A stretch of DNA of 64,000 nucleotides, taken from contig JBDKUN010000019.1 in the NCBI GenBank assembly GCA_039679675.1, positions 1 through 64,000 on the forward strand. Reading direction: 5' to 3'. Each line of letters starts with the position of its first letter. The stretch's first letter is position 1. This DNA is from Armatimonadota bacterium. GTDB taxonomy: Bacteria > Armatimonadota > UBA5829 > DTLH01. Both the position numbers and the translations under genes were made by a program. Positions 1 through 9,329 of this stretch are shown in pieces. The notes beneath the pieces were generated by a model that saw only the letters and a list, made by a program, of their open reading frames with translations, was not told the origin of the DNA and did not search any database.

Positions 1-120
1 CTTTATAGACGAGTCCAAGCTAAAGCTACGGCTTTCTCGCTTGCTCGTTATTTTAATCAGATACTCGGAGTTGATCCCATGAGCATTGCCGCTTATGCGG
101 TCTGAACTAGCAAAATCCGT
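1..120 (+). mobile_element. Right end of IS982-family insertion sequence (transposase C-terminus plus terminal inverted repeat)
   Basis: Frame 1 from base 1 reads LYRRVQAKATAFSLARYFNQILGVDPMSIAAYAV* (stop 103-105), resembling IS982 transposase C-termini. It is followed immediately by AACTAGCAAAATCCGT (105-120), whose reverse complement ACGGATTTTGCTAGTT resembles the IS982 IR type (AC..ATTGCTAGTT). Confidence 0.65.
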
Positions 121-784
121 TAGCTAACCTACACCCAATTATAGCTGGATCTAGTCCTTCTTTTGATATAAGGCAGTGATTCCGATCCTCCACTCCAAAA
201 GGAGAAACCCAGCCAACTGCACCGTTAGGCATATTTGTATCTGAGATTAATAACGCTTCTACACAATTATCACTATGTGATGGAATTGAAGTCAGCCACT
301 TATTATAAAGATGAATTGGTTCCCTCGACCGAGGAAATACTGCTATACGAACTCCAATCATATGACCCAGACCCTGCTCCACAGGTAATATAATATTTTG
401 CGTATCGGTCTGTCGCAAAATTAAACTAGCTGTTCCCAATTTCGGAGGCAACGGAATATTCAACTGCACTCCTTCTGGAAGTAAATTGCCCTGCATAATC
501 TTCCCATAGTCGTCAGAAGTATATTCACCCATAATCCATAGAACTGGGTCATCTACATTATCAATCAGTAGATTTATAATCGAGTCCACTATAGATTTAG
601 TCCAAAGCAGTGATCCCCAGCCGTTATCTCCGTACTTTACAATAAATGTAAGCAAACCTGAGAATGTTTGGTCCGTAACCATAAGCTTACAATTATTATT
701 GTCAATATCTAGCACATTAATCTGGCTATTTAAATTGGCAAATTGTAAAACGCCATATGCATTGATAGTATTAACGCCACTCAT
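107..784 (-). pseudogene. AT-rich hypothetical gene, probably truncated by the IS
   Basis: Part of ORF 107-943. Likely start is ATG 784 after GGAG, since the longer ORF overlaps the mutase gene. The last codons and TAG stop lie inside the IS inverted repeat. Visibly AT-richer than its neighbours. Confidence 0.5.
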
Positions 785-866
785 ATATTTGAAGTCTCCA
801 TTTTCGACATCCACGGACTGGACGTTTGGAATGCTTCTGAGCGAGCTTTTTGCGCCGAAGCAGCTA

Positions 867-2627
867 TTAGCAGCCGCTTTCCTTCGTCGCAGCTTCGTAG
901 ATCGCCTTTCCGGCTTCCACCAGCGCATCACCGACAGACGCATCGGGAGTGTCGATTATCACCCTCCATATACCGGCTTCCGTCCTCGAACCACGCGCAA
1001 AGATGAACGATTTGCCCGCTTTGGAATAAAAAGCCACTCTCCAGCCGCCGCTTTCGTCGCCGGTTCGTGACTTAACCCGGCTTGTGCCTTCGTAGTCTTC
1101 GAACTCATAGCTGTCGAATTTGTTGGAAATCTTCTGCCAGATACCGTGCTTGAAGTGCTCTTCCATTCGCGACTTGATCTCAGAATGCGAAATATCCGGC
1201 CCCTCGAACCTGAATACGCGGTTGAAGTAGGTGGGGACTGCCGCAACAATGTCCGGCAGCCTGCGCAGCTCACAGGTTCCCGCCGAGTTATTATTCCGGC
1301 AGAGCACTTTCTGCCAATGATCGGCAAGCTCGGGGTTTTCGTCGGCGAGTGCGGCGCATATGGCTGTCTGCAGCCCGTCCCGGCAGGTGGATGCCCCGAA
1401 TATCGACCCGCCGTTTGCGCCTTCGACGCCTATCGGCACATCGTATCCCTCGGCCCTCAACTGGTGCATCTTAGTGACGACGTTTATCTCGCCGGTCTCT
1501 ACTATGAAAACCTCTGCGCCGAACATCCGGGCGACTTCCGCGCTTGCTCCTGATGTTGAGTCGGATATGACAACCGCGAGTTTGCCGCGCTTTTCTCCCA
1601 GAGTTTCTCTGTGAGTAAGGGCGAGCGCTATATTGGTGGTTGCCACTTTCTGAGGCGGGATTATGGCTGACTCATCCAGCCCTGGAAGCACCATGTTCCC
1701 GCGGTCGGCGTCATAATCGAAGGCAATCCCGAACCGCGCGCCGTTTCTTAATGCGGCCCTTGCAGTGCGGATGAGCATGTGCTTGCCGCTTGCGGGGTCG
1801 ATATTATCCGTATCTATCCCATGTTCAGGGTATCCGAGTTCAGCGTTTACTTCGATTGCCCTCACACCGAAGTGCTCCAGCACCCTTGCCCCTATACCGC
1901 ATGCTGCGCCTCCGTTTGGGTCCAGCACTACCGGACCGAAAACCAGCGGCTTCAGACAGTGCGGCTTGATCCCCCAATCTTCGCCTATGGCATCCAGGTA
2001 AGCCCTCTCGGCTTTGATCCGGCGCTCGTGGTCTTCACCGTTGCCGAAAGCATGCGCGAAACTCCCGTCATCTATCCGCTCAACCGCTGAAATGAACTCT
2101 TCCGGTGACTCGATAAGCTCTCGGACATCCGAAACGATCTTTCCCATCCGGCTGGCGGAGAGGAGCGCGCCGGGAGGCGCATCCTGTTTATCTGAATCGC
2201 CCGGTTTGGAGTATCCGGTGATGAATTTGAACCCGTTGTCGGTAAGAGGATTGTGGCTTGCTGTGATCATGACGCCGCCTGCAGGCTGAAGCGTGCGTAC
2301 GGCTGTCTCGATGAGCGGTGTGGTGATTATATCCAGGTTGACTATCTTCAACCGGCAGTTTTGAACAGCCGCGCCTGCGAGGAATCCTCGTGCGAGCGCC
2401 TCAGCAAGAGATTCGCCAGTCGGCCTGGGGTCTCTTCCGATAAGTATCTCGGCTTCCTGGCGGCCCTGAAGCACGTTCTTCGCGTAGCAGAACCCATAAG
2501 CGAGGGCAAGCGCCTCGAGATCATCGGGGATCTCAGGCCCCTGTCCGAATTTGGCTCTTACTCCTGAAAAAGACTGCACTAGCCCCGGGTTTTTGGCCGC
2601 CCGTTTGATCGAGTCCCTGGTTATCAC
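867..2627 (-). CDS. Alpha-D-phosphohexomutase (PGM/PMM/GlmM superfamily)
   Basis: GRDPR motif, catalytic MITASHNP, metal-binding FDYDADR and sugar-binding GVEGANGG motifs. Confidence 0.85.
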   Translation of the reverse strand: MITRDSIKRAAKNPGLVQSFSGVRAKFGQGPEIPDDLEALALAYGFCYAKNVLQGRQEAEILIGRDPRPTGESLAEALARGFLAGAAVQNCRLKIVNLDIITTPLIETAVRTLQPAGGVMITASHNPLTDNGFKFITGYSKPGDSDKQDAPPGALLSASRMGKIVSDVRELIESPEEFISAVERIDDGSFAHAFGNGEDHERRIKAERAYLDAIGEDWGIKPHCLKPLVFGPVVLDPNGGAACGIGARVLEHFGVRAIEVNAELGYPEHGIDTDNIDPASGKHMLIRTARAALRNGARFGIAFDYDADRGNMVLPGLDESAIIPPQKVATTNIALALTHRETLGEKRGKLAVVISDSTSGASAEVARMFGAEVFIVETGEINVVTKMHQLRAEGYDVPIGVEGANGGSIFGASTCRDGLQTAICAALADENPELADHWQKVLCRNNNSAGTCELRRLPDIVAAVPTYFNRVFRFEGPDISHSEIKSRMEEHFKHGIWQKISNKFDSYEFEDYEGTSRVKSRTGDESGGWRVAFYSKAGKSFIFARGSRTEAGIWRVIIDTPDASVGDALVEAGKAIYEAATKESGC

Positions 2628-2754
2628 TTTTCACTATCCTCCGCCGATAGTTTATCGCAAAGATGGCAAGTAGTCCAGTAAAATAGGGGGTATATTGTAA
2701 CCTAGCTTGCAATCTTGTTGTTTAATGGTAGTTGTGATATAGTGTGTTGTTTGA

Positions 2755-3729
2755 ATGATGGAAGGGATGCATCGCAACCGATCGAATGATAAGCGGCTCG
2801 TTGCTATTGTCGGGCCAACGGCTTCGGGGAAAACAGCAGCAGCCCACGAACTCGCCAGGAGGGTCGGGGCTGAAATCGTATCTGCTGACTCGATGGCTAT
2901 CTACCGGGGAATGGATATCGGGACAGCCAAACCCAGTCCGCAGGAGCGGCAGGAAGTCCCTTACTACATGGTAGATGTGGTCGGTCCGAACGAACCCTTT
3001 ACTGTAGCTGACTATCAGGAGCGTGCCGTCGAGGCTGTAGAAGATATTATCTCCCGTGGACGGCTGCCCATCTTGGCTGGTGGAACGGGGCTCTATGTCC
3101 GCGCCGTAATAGACGGGTTGAATATCCCGAGCGCGGGTATAGATTCAGCGCTTAGGGCACGCTTGAAGCGGGAAGCCGACGAAAAAGGCGGCGAGTGGCT
3201 TCATAAACAGCTTGCTGAGGTCGATCCGGCCGCTGCCGGAAGGCTTCACCCGAACGATATAAAGCGGATTATCCGGGCGCTCGAAGTCTATGAGCAGTCC
3301 GGGAGGCCCATGTCGGAGATAGTCGAAGAGACTAGGCTGAAAGCGCCGAGGTATCCCGGTGCGGTCCTTTACGGGCTTACGATGGACCGGGAGAAGCTCT
3401 ATCGCCGGATCGAAGAGCGGATTGATGAGCAGATAAGAAGAGGGCTTGTAGAAGAAGTCCGGCAGTTGCTCGACTTCGGCTATGACGTCGATCTTCCTGC
3501 TATGCAGGGTTTGGGGTATAAAGAGATCGCAGCCCACCTAAAGGGTGAATGTGATCTGAGTTTTGCTGTTGAAACGCTGAAACGCAGCACAAGGCGGTTC
3601 GCAAAACGTCAATATACATGGTTCCGCGCGGACAAGAGAATCCGGTGGATAGATGTTAACGATATTGCGCCTGCCGAGGTTGCCGTCATCATCGAGACGG
3701 AGCTTCGGGAGGCAGGAGTTTTTGAGTAA
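2755..3729 (+). CDS. miaA: tRNA dimethylallyltransferase
   Basis: GPTASGKT, SADSMAIYRGMDIGTAKP, GGTGLY and FAKRQYTWFR motifs; adjacent to hfq. Confidence 0.97.
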   Translation: MMEGMHRNRSNDKRLVAIVGPTASGKTAAAHELARRVGAEIVSADSMAIYRGMDIGTAKPSPQERQEVPYYMVDVVGPNEPFTVADYQERAVEAVEDIISRGRLPILAGGTGLYVRAVIDGLNIPSAGIDSALRARLKREADEKGGEWLHKQLAEVDPAAAGRLHPNDIKRIIRALEVYEQSGRPMSEIVEETRLKAPRYPGAVLYGLTMDREKLYRRIEERIDEQIRRGLVEEVRQLLDFGYDVDLPAMQGLGYKEIAAHLKGECDLSFAVETLKRSTRRFAKRQYTWFRADKRIRWIDVNDIAPAEVAVIIETELREAGVFE

Positions 3730-3855
3730 GGACGAGGGTAAGCTGATAGACAGATGCCTTTCGCCTTTTGCCTGCGCCGAAATACTTTTTAATCGGCGCG
3801 GGAAAATTAACGGGGTGGAGATTAAGCCCTCAATTTGGTTAAAGGGAGCGTGTAG

Positions 3856-4161
3856 ATGAATAAGACCCAAATGAACCTGCAGGACTTGTTCCTGAACCAG
3901 GTAAGGAAAGAGAACACGCCGGTAACCATCTACCTGATAGGTGGCGTGCAGCTCAAGGGGATGGTAAAGGGATTTGATTCCTTTACTGTGATTCTGGAAA
4001 GCCCTGGAAAGCCGCCACAACTTATCTACAAGCATGCTGTAGCGTCAGTAGTGCCGATGAAACAGATAGGTCTCGGACCGATGGTGGCAGAGAGAGAAAG
4101 AGTAGCGAGAGGCGCTGTTGCCGAACCTGCCAAGGCAGAGGAAGAGGAGCAGAAAGAGTGA
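3856..4161 (+). CDS. hfq: RNA chaperone Hfq
   Basis: [22 protein letters not shown] and QLIYKHAV Sm motifs; follows miaA. Confidence 0.97.
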   Translation: MNKTQMNLQDLFLNQVRKENTPVTIYLIGGVQLKGMVKGFDSFTVILESPGKPPQLIYKHAVASVVPMKQIGLGPMVAERERVARGAVAEPAKAEEEEQKE

Positions 4162-5024
4162 TTTTCTCTAAGATGCATGGCCTGGGCAACGACTTTGTCG
4201 TAGTCAATGGTTTCACCGAGCATCTGGATGACGTTGTAATCGATAAACTGGCTATAGGAGCTTGTGACAGGAACTTCGGAATCGGAGGGGACGGACTGAT
4301 ACTAATTGTGCCGTCTGAAACCGCCGATTTTTGTATGAGGATGCTGAACCCGGACGGAAGCGAGGCGGAGATGTGCGGGAACGGCATCCGTTGTGCCGCG
4401 AAGTTTGCATTTGAGCGCGGGATCACTGCGGCAAACCCGGTGCGAGTGGAAACTCTTGCCGGGTTGAAGACTATCGAGCTTACGGTTGTTGACGGCAAAG
4501 CTACCGCAGCCAGAGTGGATATGGGCGCGCCGAGGCTCGGCCGCAGCGAGATACCTGTAACTCTTCCGGGAACCGGGACTGTTATCTCGGAACCGCTTAA
4601 GCTCGATGACCGCACCCTGAACATCACTTGTGTCTCGATGGGCAACCCGCATTGTATTACATTCGTGGATGATGTAGAGTCTTATCCCATCCGAATGGTC
4701 GGCCCCAAGGTCGAACGGCACACGGCGTTTCCGGAGCGGACGAATGCCGAGTTTATTGAGGTGGTTTCTCCCAGTGAGATCAAGATGCGCGTCTGGGAGC
4801 GGGGCGCGGGCGAGACCCTTGCCTGTGGGACCGGCGCATGCGCATCGGCAGTCGCCTCGATCTTAAACGGCAAGACCGAAAGATCGCTGACTGTCCACCT
4901 GAAAGGCGGCGACCTGAAGGTTGAGTGGATGAAAGACGATGGCCCGGTAGTGATGACCGGCCCGGCAGTGGAAGTCTTTACCGGAGAGATTCCCGAGTAT
5001 ACGCTTAAAGCCTGGATGGTATAG
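4158..5024 (+). CDS. dapF: Diaminopimelate epimerase
   Basis: [23 protein letters not shown] and [13 protein letters not shown] motifs; GTG start overlaps the hfq stop. Confidence 0.97.
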   Translation: MIFSKMHGLGNDFVVVNGFTEHLDDVVIDKLAIGACDRNFGIGGDGLILIVPSETADFCMRMLNPDGSEAEMCGNGIRCAAKFAFERGITAANPVRVETLAGLKTIELTVVDGKATAARVDMGAPRLGRSEIPVTLPGTGTVISEPLKLDDRTLNITCVSMGNPHCITFVDDVESYPIRMVGPKVERHTAFPERTNAEFIEVVSPSEIKMRVWERGAGETLACGTGACASAVASILNGKTERSLTVHLKGGDLKVEWMKDDGPVVMTGPAVEVFTGEIPEYTLKAWMV

Positions 5025-5067
5025 CTGATAGCTTTGTTACTATTTCCTTACAAGAAGGAGAAACCTG

Positions 5068-6243
5068 TTGCAGTACGCAAAACGACTAGACCTTATACCG
5101 CCGTATCTTTTCGGCGAGATAGCAAGAATGAAAGCCAAGGCGGTTGCCGAAGGTCGTGACCTGATCGACTTAGGTATCGGCGACCCTGACCAGCCGACTC
5201 CTGATGCAATTATCGAAAAACTGTGCGAAGCGGCCAAAAATCCGGTCACTCACCGTTATGATGAGACGGAAGCCGGCTGGCCGAACTTTTTGGACTCCGT
5301 TTCCAGATGGTATAAAAAGCGCTTTGGCGTTGACATAGACCCCAAGAGCGAAGCAATGCTGCTGATCGGCTCGAAGGACGGGCTCGCGCATTTTGCCTGG
5401 GCTATGACCGATCCCGGTGATGTCGCCCTCGTGCCGGACCCCGGCTACACCGTCTATAAAGTGAACACGCTCCTTGCCGGAGGCGAGCCGGTGGCTATGC
5501 CTCTCTTGGAAAAGAACGGTTTTTTGCCTGATCTCACGTCGATTCCGTCGGATATCGCCAAAAAAGCGAAGGTGATGTATCTCAACTATCCGAACAACCC
5601 GACTGGAGCAGTCGCGAATGTCGATTTCTTCCGTGACGTGGTCAAGTTCGCAAAAGAATATGACATCGCTGTCTGCCATGACTGCGCCTACAGTGAAGTC
5701 TACTATGATAACTACCTCCCACCGAGCTTCTTGGAAGTAGAAGACGCGAAAGATGTAGCGATAGAGATGCATTCTCTATCGAAAACTTACAACATGACCG
5801 GCTGGCGCATCGGAATGGCTGTCGGAAACCCGGAACTCGTCCGAGTGTTGAACAAACTGAAATCGAACGTCGATTCAAGGCAGTTCCCGGCGATAGATAT
5901 AGCCGCAAGCCATGCCCTGGAGCACGTGAGCAATGCAAAAACGCTTGCGCTCTATAAAAAGAGACGGGACATACTCGTAGACGGGCTGAATGAGCTCGGT
6001 TGGAATGTCAAAAAGCCTACGGCGTCGCTCTATGTTTGGACAAAGGTCCCGAATGGTTATACATCTGCTGAGTTCGTAAAAACGCTCCTTACGGATGCCG
6101 GTGTTTTAGTTATCCCCGGCAATGGTTACGGCACTTACGGCGAAGGCTACATTAGGATGTCACTCACCGTTGCAGGCGATAAGGACGGCGAAAAGCTGAA
6201 AGAAGCTGTCCGCAGGATTGCGGAGAACATCAAGGTAAAATAA
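5068..6243 (+). CDS. dapL: LL-diaminopimelate aminotransferase (class I/II PLP enzyme)
   Basis: PPYLFGEI, LGIGDPD, LIGSKDG, NYPNNPTG and HSLSKTYNMTGWRIG motifs; TTG start with AGGAG; next to dapF. Confidence 0.85.
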   Translation: MQYAKRLDLIPPYLFGEIARMKAKAVAEGRDLIDLGIGDPDQPTPDAIIEKLCEAAKNPVTHRYDETEAGWPNFLDSVSRWYKKRFGVDIDPKSEAMLLIGSKDGLAHFAWAMTDPGDVALVPDPGYTVYKVNTLLAGGEPVAMPLLEKNGFLPDLTSIPSDIAKKAKVMYLNYPNNPTGAVANVDFFRDVVKFAKEYDIAVCHDCAYSEVYYDNYLPPSFLEVEDAKDVAIEMHSLSKTYNMTGWRIGMAVGNPELVRVLNKLKSNVDSRQFPAIDIAASHALEHVSNAKTLALYKKRRDILVDGLNELGWNVKKPTASLYVWTKVPNGYTSAEFVKTLLTDAGVLVIPGNGYGTYGEGYIRMSLTVAGDKDGEKLKEAVRRIAENIKVK

Positions 6244-6267
6244 TCCCAAGCGAGGACTAAGACGGCC

Positions 6268-7521
6268 ATACACGAAGTTGAATCGCATGACCGGGCGGTT
6301 CTGGTGGTAATAGACCCGCCCGATACCGCGATTGCCGAATGGAATACGGAAGAACTGAAAGAGCTGATTGCGAGCGCCGATGCAGAGATTGCCGACGAGG
6401 TGCATCTGCGCAGGTCGCATCCTGACCCTGCCTATTACGTCGGCCAGGGCAACGCGCTTCAGATTTATGAGGTCGTGCAGGATACCGGCGCTTCAGTGGT
6501 CGTCGTCGGAGAAGACCTGAGCCCCACGCAGCAGCGAAACCTCGAAGATACCGCGACCGTAAGGGTAATTGACCGCACGCAGCTCATCCTCGACATTTTT
6601 GCCCAGCGTGCCAATACAAAGGAAGGAAAGCTTCAGGTCGAGCTTGCCCAGCTCAAATACCTGCTTCCGAGGCTTACGGGCCGTGGAACTGCCATGTCCC
6701 GGCTGGGAGGCGGTATCGGCACAAGGGGGCCGGGTGAGACTAAGCTGGAGTCCGACCGCCGTAGGATCAGGAGCAGGATAAGCGACCTGAGCGGGGAACT
6801 TGAAGAAGTCCGGCAGCATAGAAACGTGCAGAAGGCTGCCAGGAGGCGCTTGCCGTTCCCATCGGCGGCACTAGTCGGTTATACGAGCGCGGGGAAGTCT
6901 ACACTCCTCAATACCCTTTCCGGTTCGGAGGTCTATGTCGACCAGAAGCTCTTTGCGACGCTTGACCCGACTACCAGGCGAGTGATCCTGCCTGATGGTT
7001 GGTCAGTTCTCATCAGCGATACCGTCGGATTCCTTAGAAACCTGCCTCACCACCTTGTAGCGGCGTTTCGCGCTACACTGGAGGAAGTAATCGAGTCGGA
7101 TTTCCTGATCCACGTAGTCGATGCAAGCCACCCTCGCGCCCGTGAACAGCAGGAAGCGGTAATGCAGGTTCTGACAGAACTTGGAGCAGCCGGTAAGCCG
7201 GTCCTCACAGTGTTCAACAAGAGCGATTTGCTCTCGGACCAGTATGAGCTCCGGCGGGCAGTAGTCGAGACGCCGAACTCCGTCTATATCTCGGCCAAAA
7301 AGCACGAGGGCCTGCCCAATTTGATGAGGCAGATATCGAAGACGATACAATCGCTTCTGACAAATGTCCGCCTGGAAGTCCCCTATGACCGGAGCGACCT
7401 TGTGGCTCTCTGCTACGAGCGCGGACGTGTTCTCTCAGCTGATTACCAGAGCGATAAGATAGTCGTCGAAGCCGAGATAACGAACGATCTGGTAGGGAAG
7501 ATGGAAGGCTATATTAGATAA
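6268..7521 (+). CDS. hflX: GTPase HflX (start uncertain: ORF track gives GTG 6304, frame is open further upstream)
   Basis: LSPTQQRNLE, DRTQLILDIF, GGGIGTRGPGETKLE, VGYTSAGKSTL, LFATLDPT, DTVGF and NKSD motifs. Confidence 0.95.
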   Translation: MHEVESHDRAVLVVIDPPDTAIAEWNTEELKELIASADAEIADEVHLRRSHPDPAYYVGQGNALQIYEVVQDTGASVVVVGEDLSPTQQRNLEDTATVRVIDRTQLILDIFAQRANTKEGKLQVELAQLKYLLPRLTGRGTAMSRLGGGIGTRGPGETKLESDRRRIRSRISDLSGELEEVRQHRNVQKAARRRLPFPSAALVGYTSAGKSTLLNTLSGSEVYVDQKLFATLDPTTRRVILPDGWSVLISDTVGFLRNLPHHLVAAFRATLEEVIESDFLIHVVDASHPRAREQQEAVMQVLTELGAAGKPVLTVFNKSDLLSDQYELRRAVVETPNSVYISAKKHEGLPNLMRQISKTIQSLLTNVRLEVPYDRSDLVALCYERGRVLSADYQSDKIVVEAEITNDLVGKMEGYIR

Positions 7522-7523
7522 AA

Positions 7524-7560
7524 GAGGCATGAGTAAAGAGATTTCCAGGGCTCATGCCTC
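7524..7560. terminator. Hairpin between convergent hflX and GyrI-like gene
   Basis: 10-bp inverted repeat GAGGCATGAG...CTCATGCCTC. Confidence 0.6.
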
Positions 7561-7573
7561 GATTCTGTTTTTA

Positions 7574-8050
7574 CTACTTTACCGGCACGTAAATGTCCAT
7601 CAAAGAGTTTTCTGAGTTATCGAAGCACTCTCCGTAGTATTCGAAGTTGTAATTGCCCGCAATCTCCACCCCTGAAGCCGGGATCCACTCAGTATATATC
7701 TTCTGGAAGGTCTCATGAAGCTTGCTGACAGGTCCTTTATGTGTAAATACGGCATACTTAGCAGCGGGGACCGTTTTTGTTGCCATTCCAGCAGGTATTT
7801 CATCGAAATTCGAGACTTCCATGGCAGCGATGTAGTAGAAATCGGCACCCTGCCCGCATTTGCATTCGCCTTTGCACATACATTCGCAAAGACCATAGCA
7901 TACGTCTCCATTTACGACATTTTCGAGCTCATTCATTCTTGGCAGAAACTGCTCATCCCATAACCGGGGAATCTCACCGTTTTGGTTTGATCCAATGTAC
8001 TGAATACCTGCAAGTTTGATTTCATTTCTTGAGACTATCTTTGGTTGCAT
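7574..8050 (-). CDS. Stand-alone GyrI-like small-molecule-binding protein with Cys-rich insert
   Basis: EIPRLW, YIAAMEV, IPAGM..VPAAKYAVFTHKG, IYTEWIP and FEYY..DIYVPV are typical GyrI/AraC effector-binding motifs; RBS GGAGG. Confidence 0.85.
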   Translation of the reverse strand: MQPKIVSRNEIKLAGIQYIGSNQNGEIPRLWDEQFLPRMNELENVVNGDVCYGLCECMCKGECKCGQGADFYYIAAMEVSNFDEIPAGMATKTVPAAKYAVFTHKGPVSKLHETFQKIYTEWIPASGVEIAGNYNFEYYGECFDNSENSLMDIYVPVK

Positions 8051-8070
8051 ATCATCCTCCCGTGGTTAAC

Positions 8071-8097
8071 GAACATGTGTTTGCATAATGCATTATA
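8071..8097 (-). promoter_or_regulatory. LexA-type box and -10 of GyrI-like gene
   Basis: GAAC-ATGT-GTTT at 8071-8082 (Gram-positive-type GAAC-N4-GTTY), lying between a minus-strand TATAAT (8092-8097) and the RBS. Confidence 0.6.
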
Positions 8098-8216
8098 CAA
8101 CAAGGTTGCTTGGCTTTGGTAGTGGTTTACAGCTTAAATATTGTTCACATAATTACAGGAGGAGCGGATGTGGGGCCAAAAGGGAGGGGCAGCCGTTTAC
8201 TTCAAATCAGATAAGC

Positions 8217-8255
8217 AAAAAGCCCGCCGATTTATGCTCAAATCAACGGGCTTTT
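8217..8255 (-). terminator. Intrinsic terminator after tRNA-Glu
   Basis: AAAAAGCCCG...CGGGCTTTT hairpin with T-runs on both strands. Confidence 0.7.
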
Positions 8256-8288
8256 ACGTATTGGCGGCTCAAATTACCGCCCATCCAG

Positions 8289-8363
8289 TGGTAGCGCCAA
8301 CGGGAGTCGAACCCGTCTTACGTCCTTGAAAGAGACGTGTCCTAACCGATGGACCATGGCGCC
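8289..8363 (-). tRNA. tRNA-Glu (TTC)
   Basis: Reverse complement GGCGCCATGGTCCATCGGTTAGGACACGTCTCTTTCAAGGACGTAAGACGGGTTCGACTCCCGTTGGCGCTACCA folds as a cloverleaf; anticodon TTC, encoded CCA. Confidence 0.97.
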
Positions 8364-8397
8364 AAAACAAAAGCCGGACCTTGGCCCGACCGCAATT

Positions 8398-8426
8398 ATT
8401 ATACCAGAATCCATGTCTGACTGCAA
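8398..8426 (-). promoter_or_regulatory. Sigma70-type promoter of tRNA-Glu
   Basis: Minus strand TTGCAG-17 nt-TATAAT with a TG extended -10. Confidence 0.65.
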
Positions 8427-8453
8427 ACAAAATTTCGTGGATTTCTTATAGTG

Positions 8454-8488
8454 TCCTCCAATTATCCTCCAATGTCCTCCAAACCTCC
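8454..8488 (-). repeat. Phased TTGGAGGA repeats (putative MraZ boxes, inverted array)
   Basis: TCCTCCAA at 8454, 8465 and 8475, plus CCTCC at 8484. Confidence 0.6.
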
Positions 8489-8714
8489 CCTGAATATGCC
8501 CATGCACTGTTAACGACCAGCTGTTCACGTGCTTGTTTCGATGTTGTACTCCATACCGGATGGCGATAGCAGTAGTCAACATAAAATAGTAGTTTTGGCT
8601 GATAATTCTCAATAGTAATCCGAAAGTTCTGTAATATATCACAGACTAAGGCAAACTCATCAGTATGGAGGGAAAATTTCCCCATTCAATATTTACAAAC
8701 TATTGTCGAGGCTA

Positions 8715-8822
8715 TTGACATGCCTTCCCGTCGCTGGTATCATCCCTTCACTGGTACGGAATGGAGGATTCATGGTGACCAATTGGTGGTCTGAATGAAT
8801 CCTATTGGTATCAAAATGGAGG
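8715..8822 (+). promoter_or_regulatory. dcw promoter with MraZ-binding TGG repeats
   Basis: TTGACA(8715)-17 nt-TATCAT(8738) with TG extension. TGG(A/T) units at 8752, 8762, 8773, 8784, 8806 and 8817 show about 10-11 bp phasing, as known for MraZ operators. Confidence 0.7.
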
Positions 8823-8834
8823 GGGAATATCCCC

Positions 8835-9329
8835 GTGTTCGGTGGTTCTTTTACTCACAAACTGGATGAGGTCGGTCGGTTTATAATGCCGAGGAAGTTT
8901 CGGATGTCGCTTGGTGAGACATTTATCATCACTAGGGGAGCCGGATGCCTGCTCGTTATGCCTCAGGACAGGTTCAATGAGATCTACCGCCATGCACAGG
9001 GACTTGGAAATCCTCTTTCAGTATTGTTCGACCCGAACGCGCGGCGGCTTTACCATCAACTCTTCTCCGAAATGATCGAGACCAAGGTTGACGGGCAGGG
9101 CAGGGTGCAGTTGACACCCGAACTTCGTGCTTTCGCGGGCATTGACAAAGAGCTTGTAGTACTTGGTGTCGGCGAGTGGATCGAAATATGGGGAATCGAG
9201 AAGTGGCAAGCCTATAAAGAGGAGAACCTGACTACTGATCTGCTTGTCAATGCGGCAACTCGGCCTCAGCTGTCCGGGGAAGGCGATGGCGTAGATGCAG
9301 CAGTATCACCGTCCGGCCCTCTTGGATGA
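8835..9329 (+). CDS. mraZ: Division/cell-wall cluster transcriptional repressor MraZ
   Basis: FxGxFxHKLDxxGR and DGQGRVQL..LRAFAGI..GVGEWIEIW motifs; GTG 8835 after GGAGG. Confidence 0.95.
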   Translation: MFGGSFTHKLDEVGRFIMPRKFRMSLGETFIITRGAGCLLVMPQDRFNEIYRHAQGLGNPLSVLFDPNARRLYHQLFSEMIETKVDGQGRVQLTPELRAFAGIDKELVVLGVGEWIEIWGIEKWQAYKEENLTTDLLVNAATRPQLSGEGDGVDAAVSPSGPLG

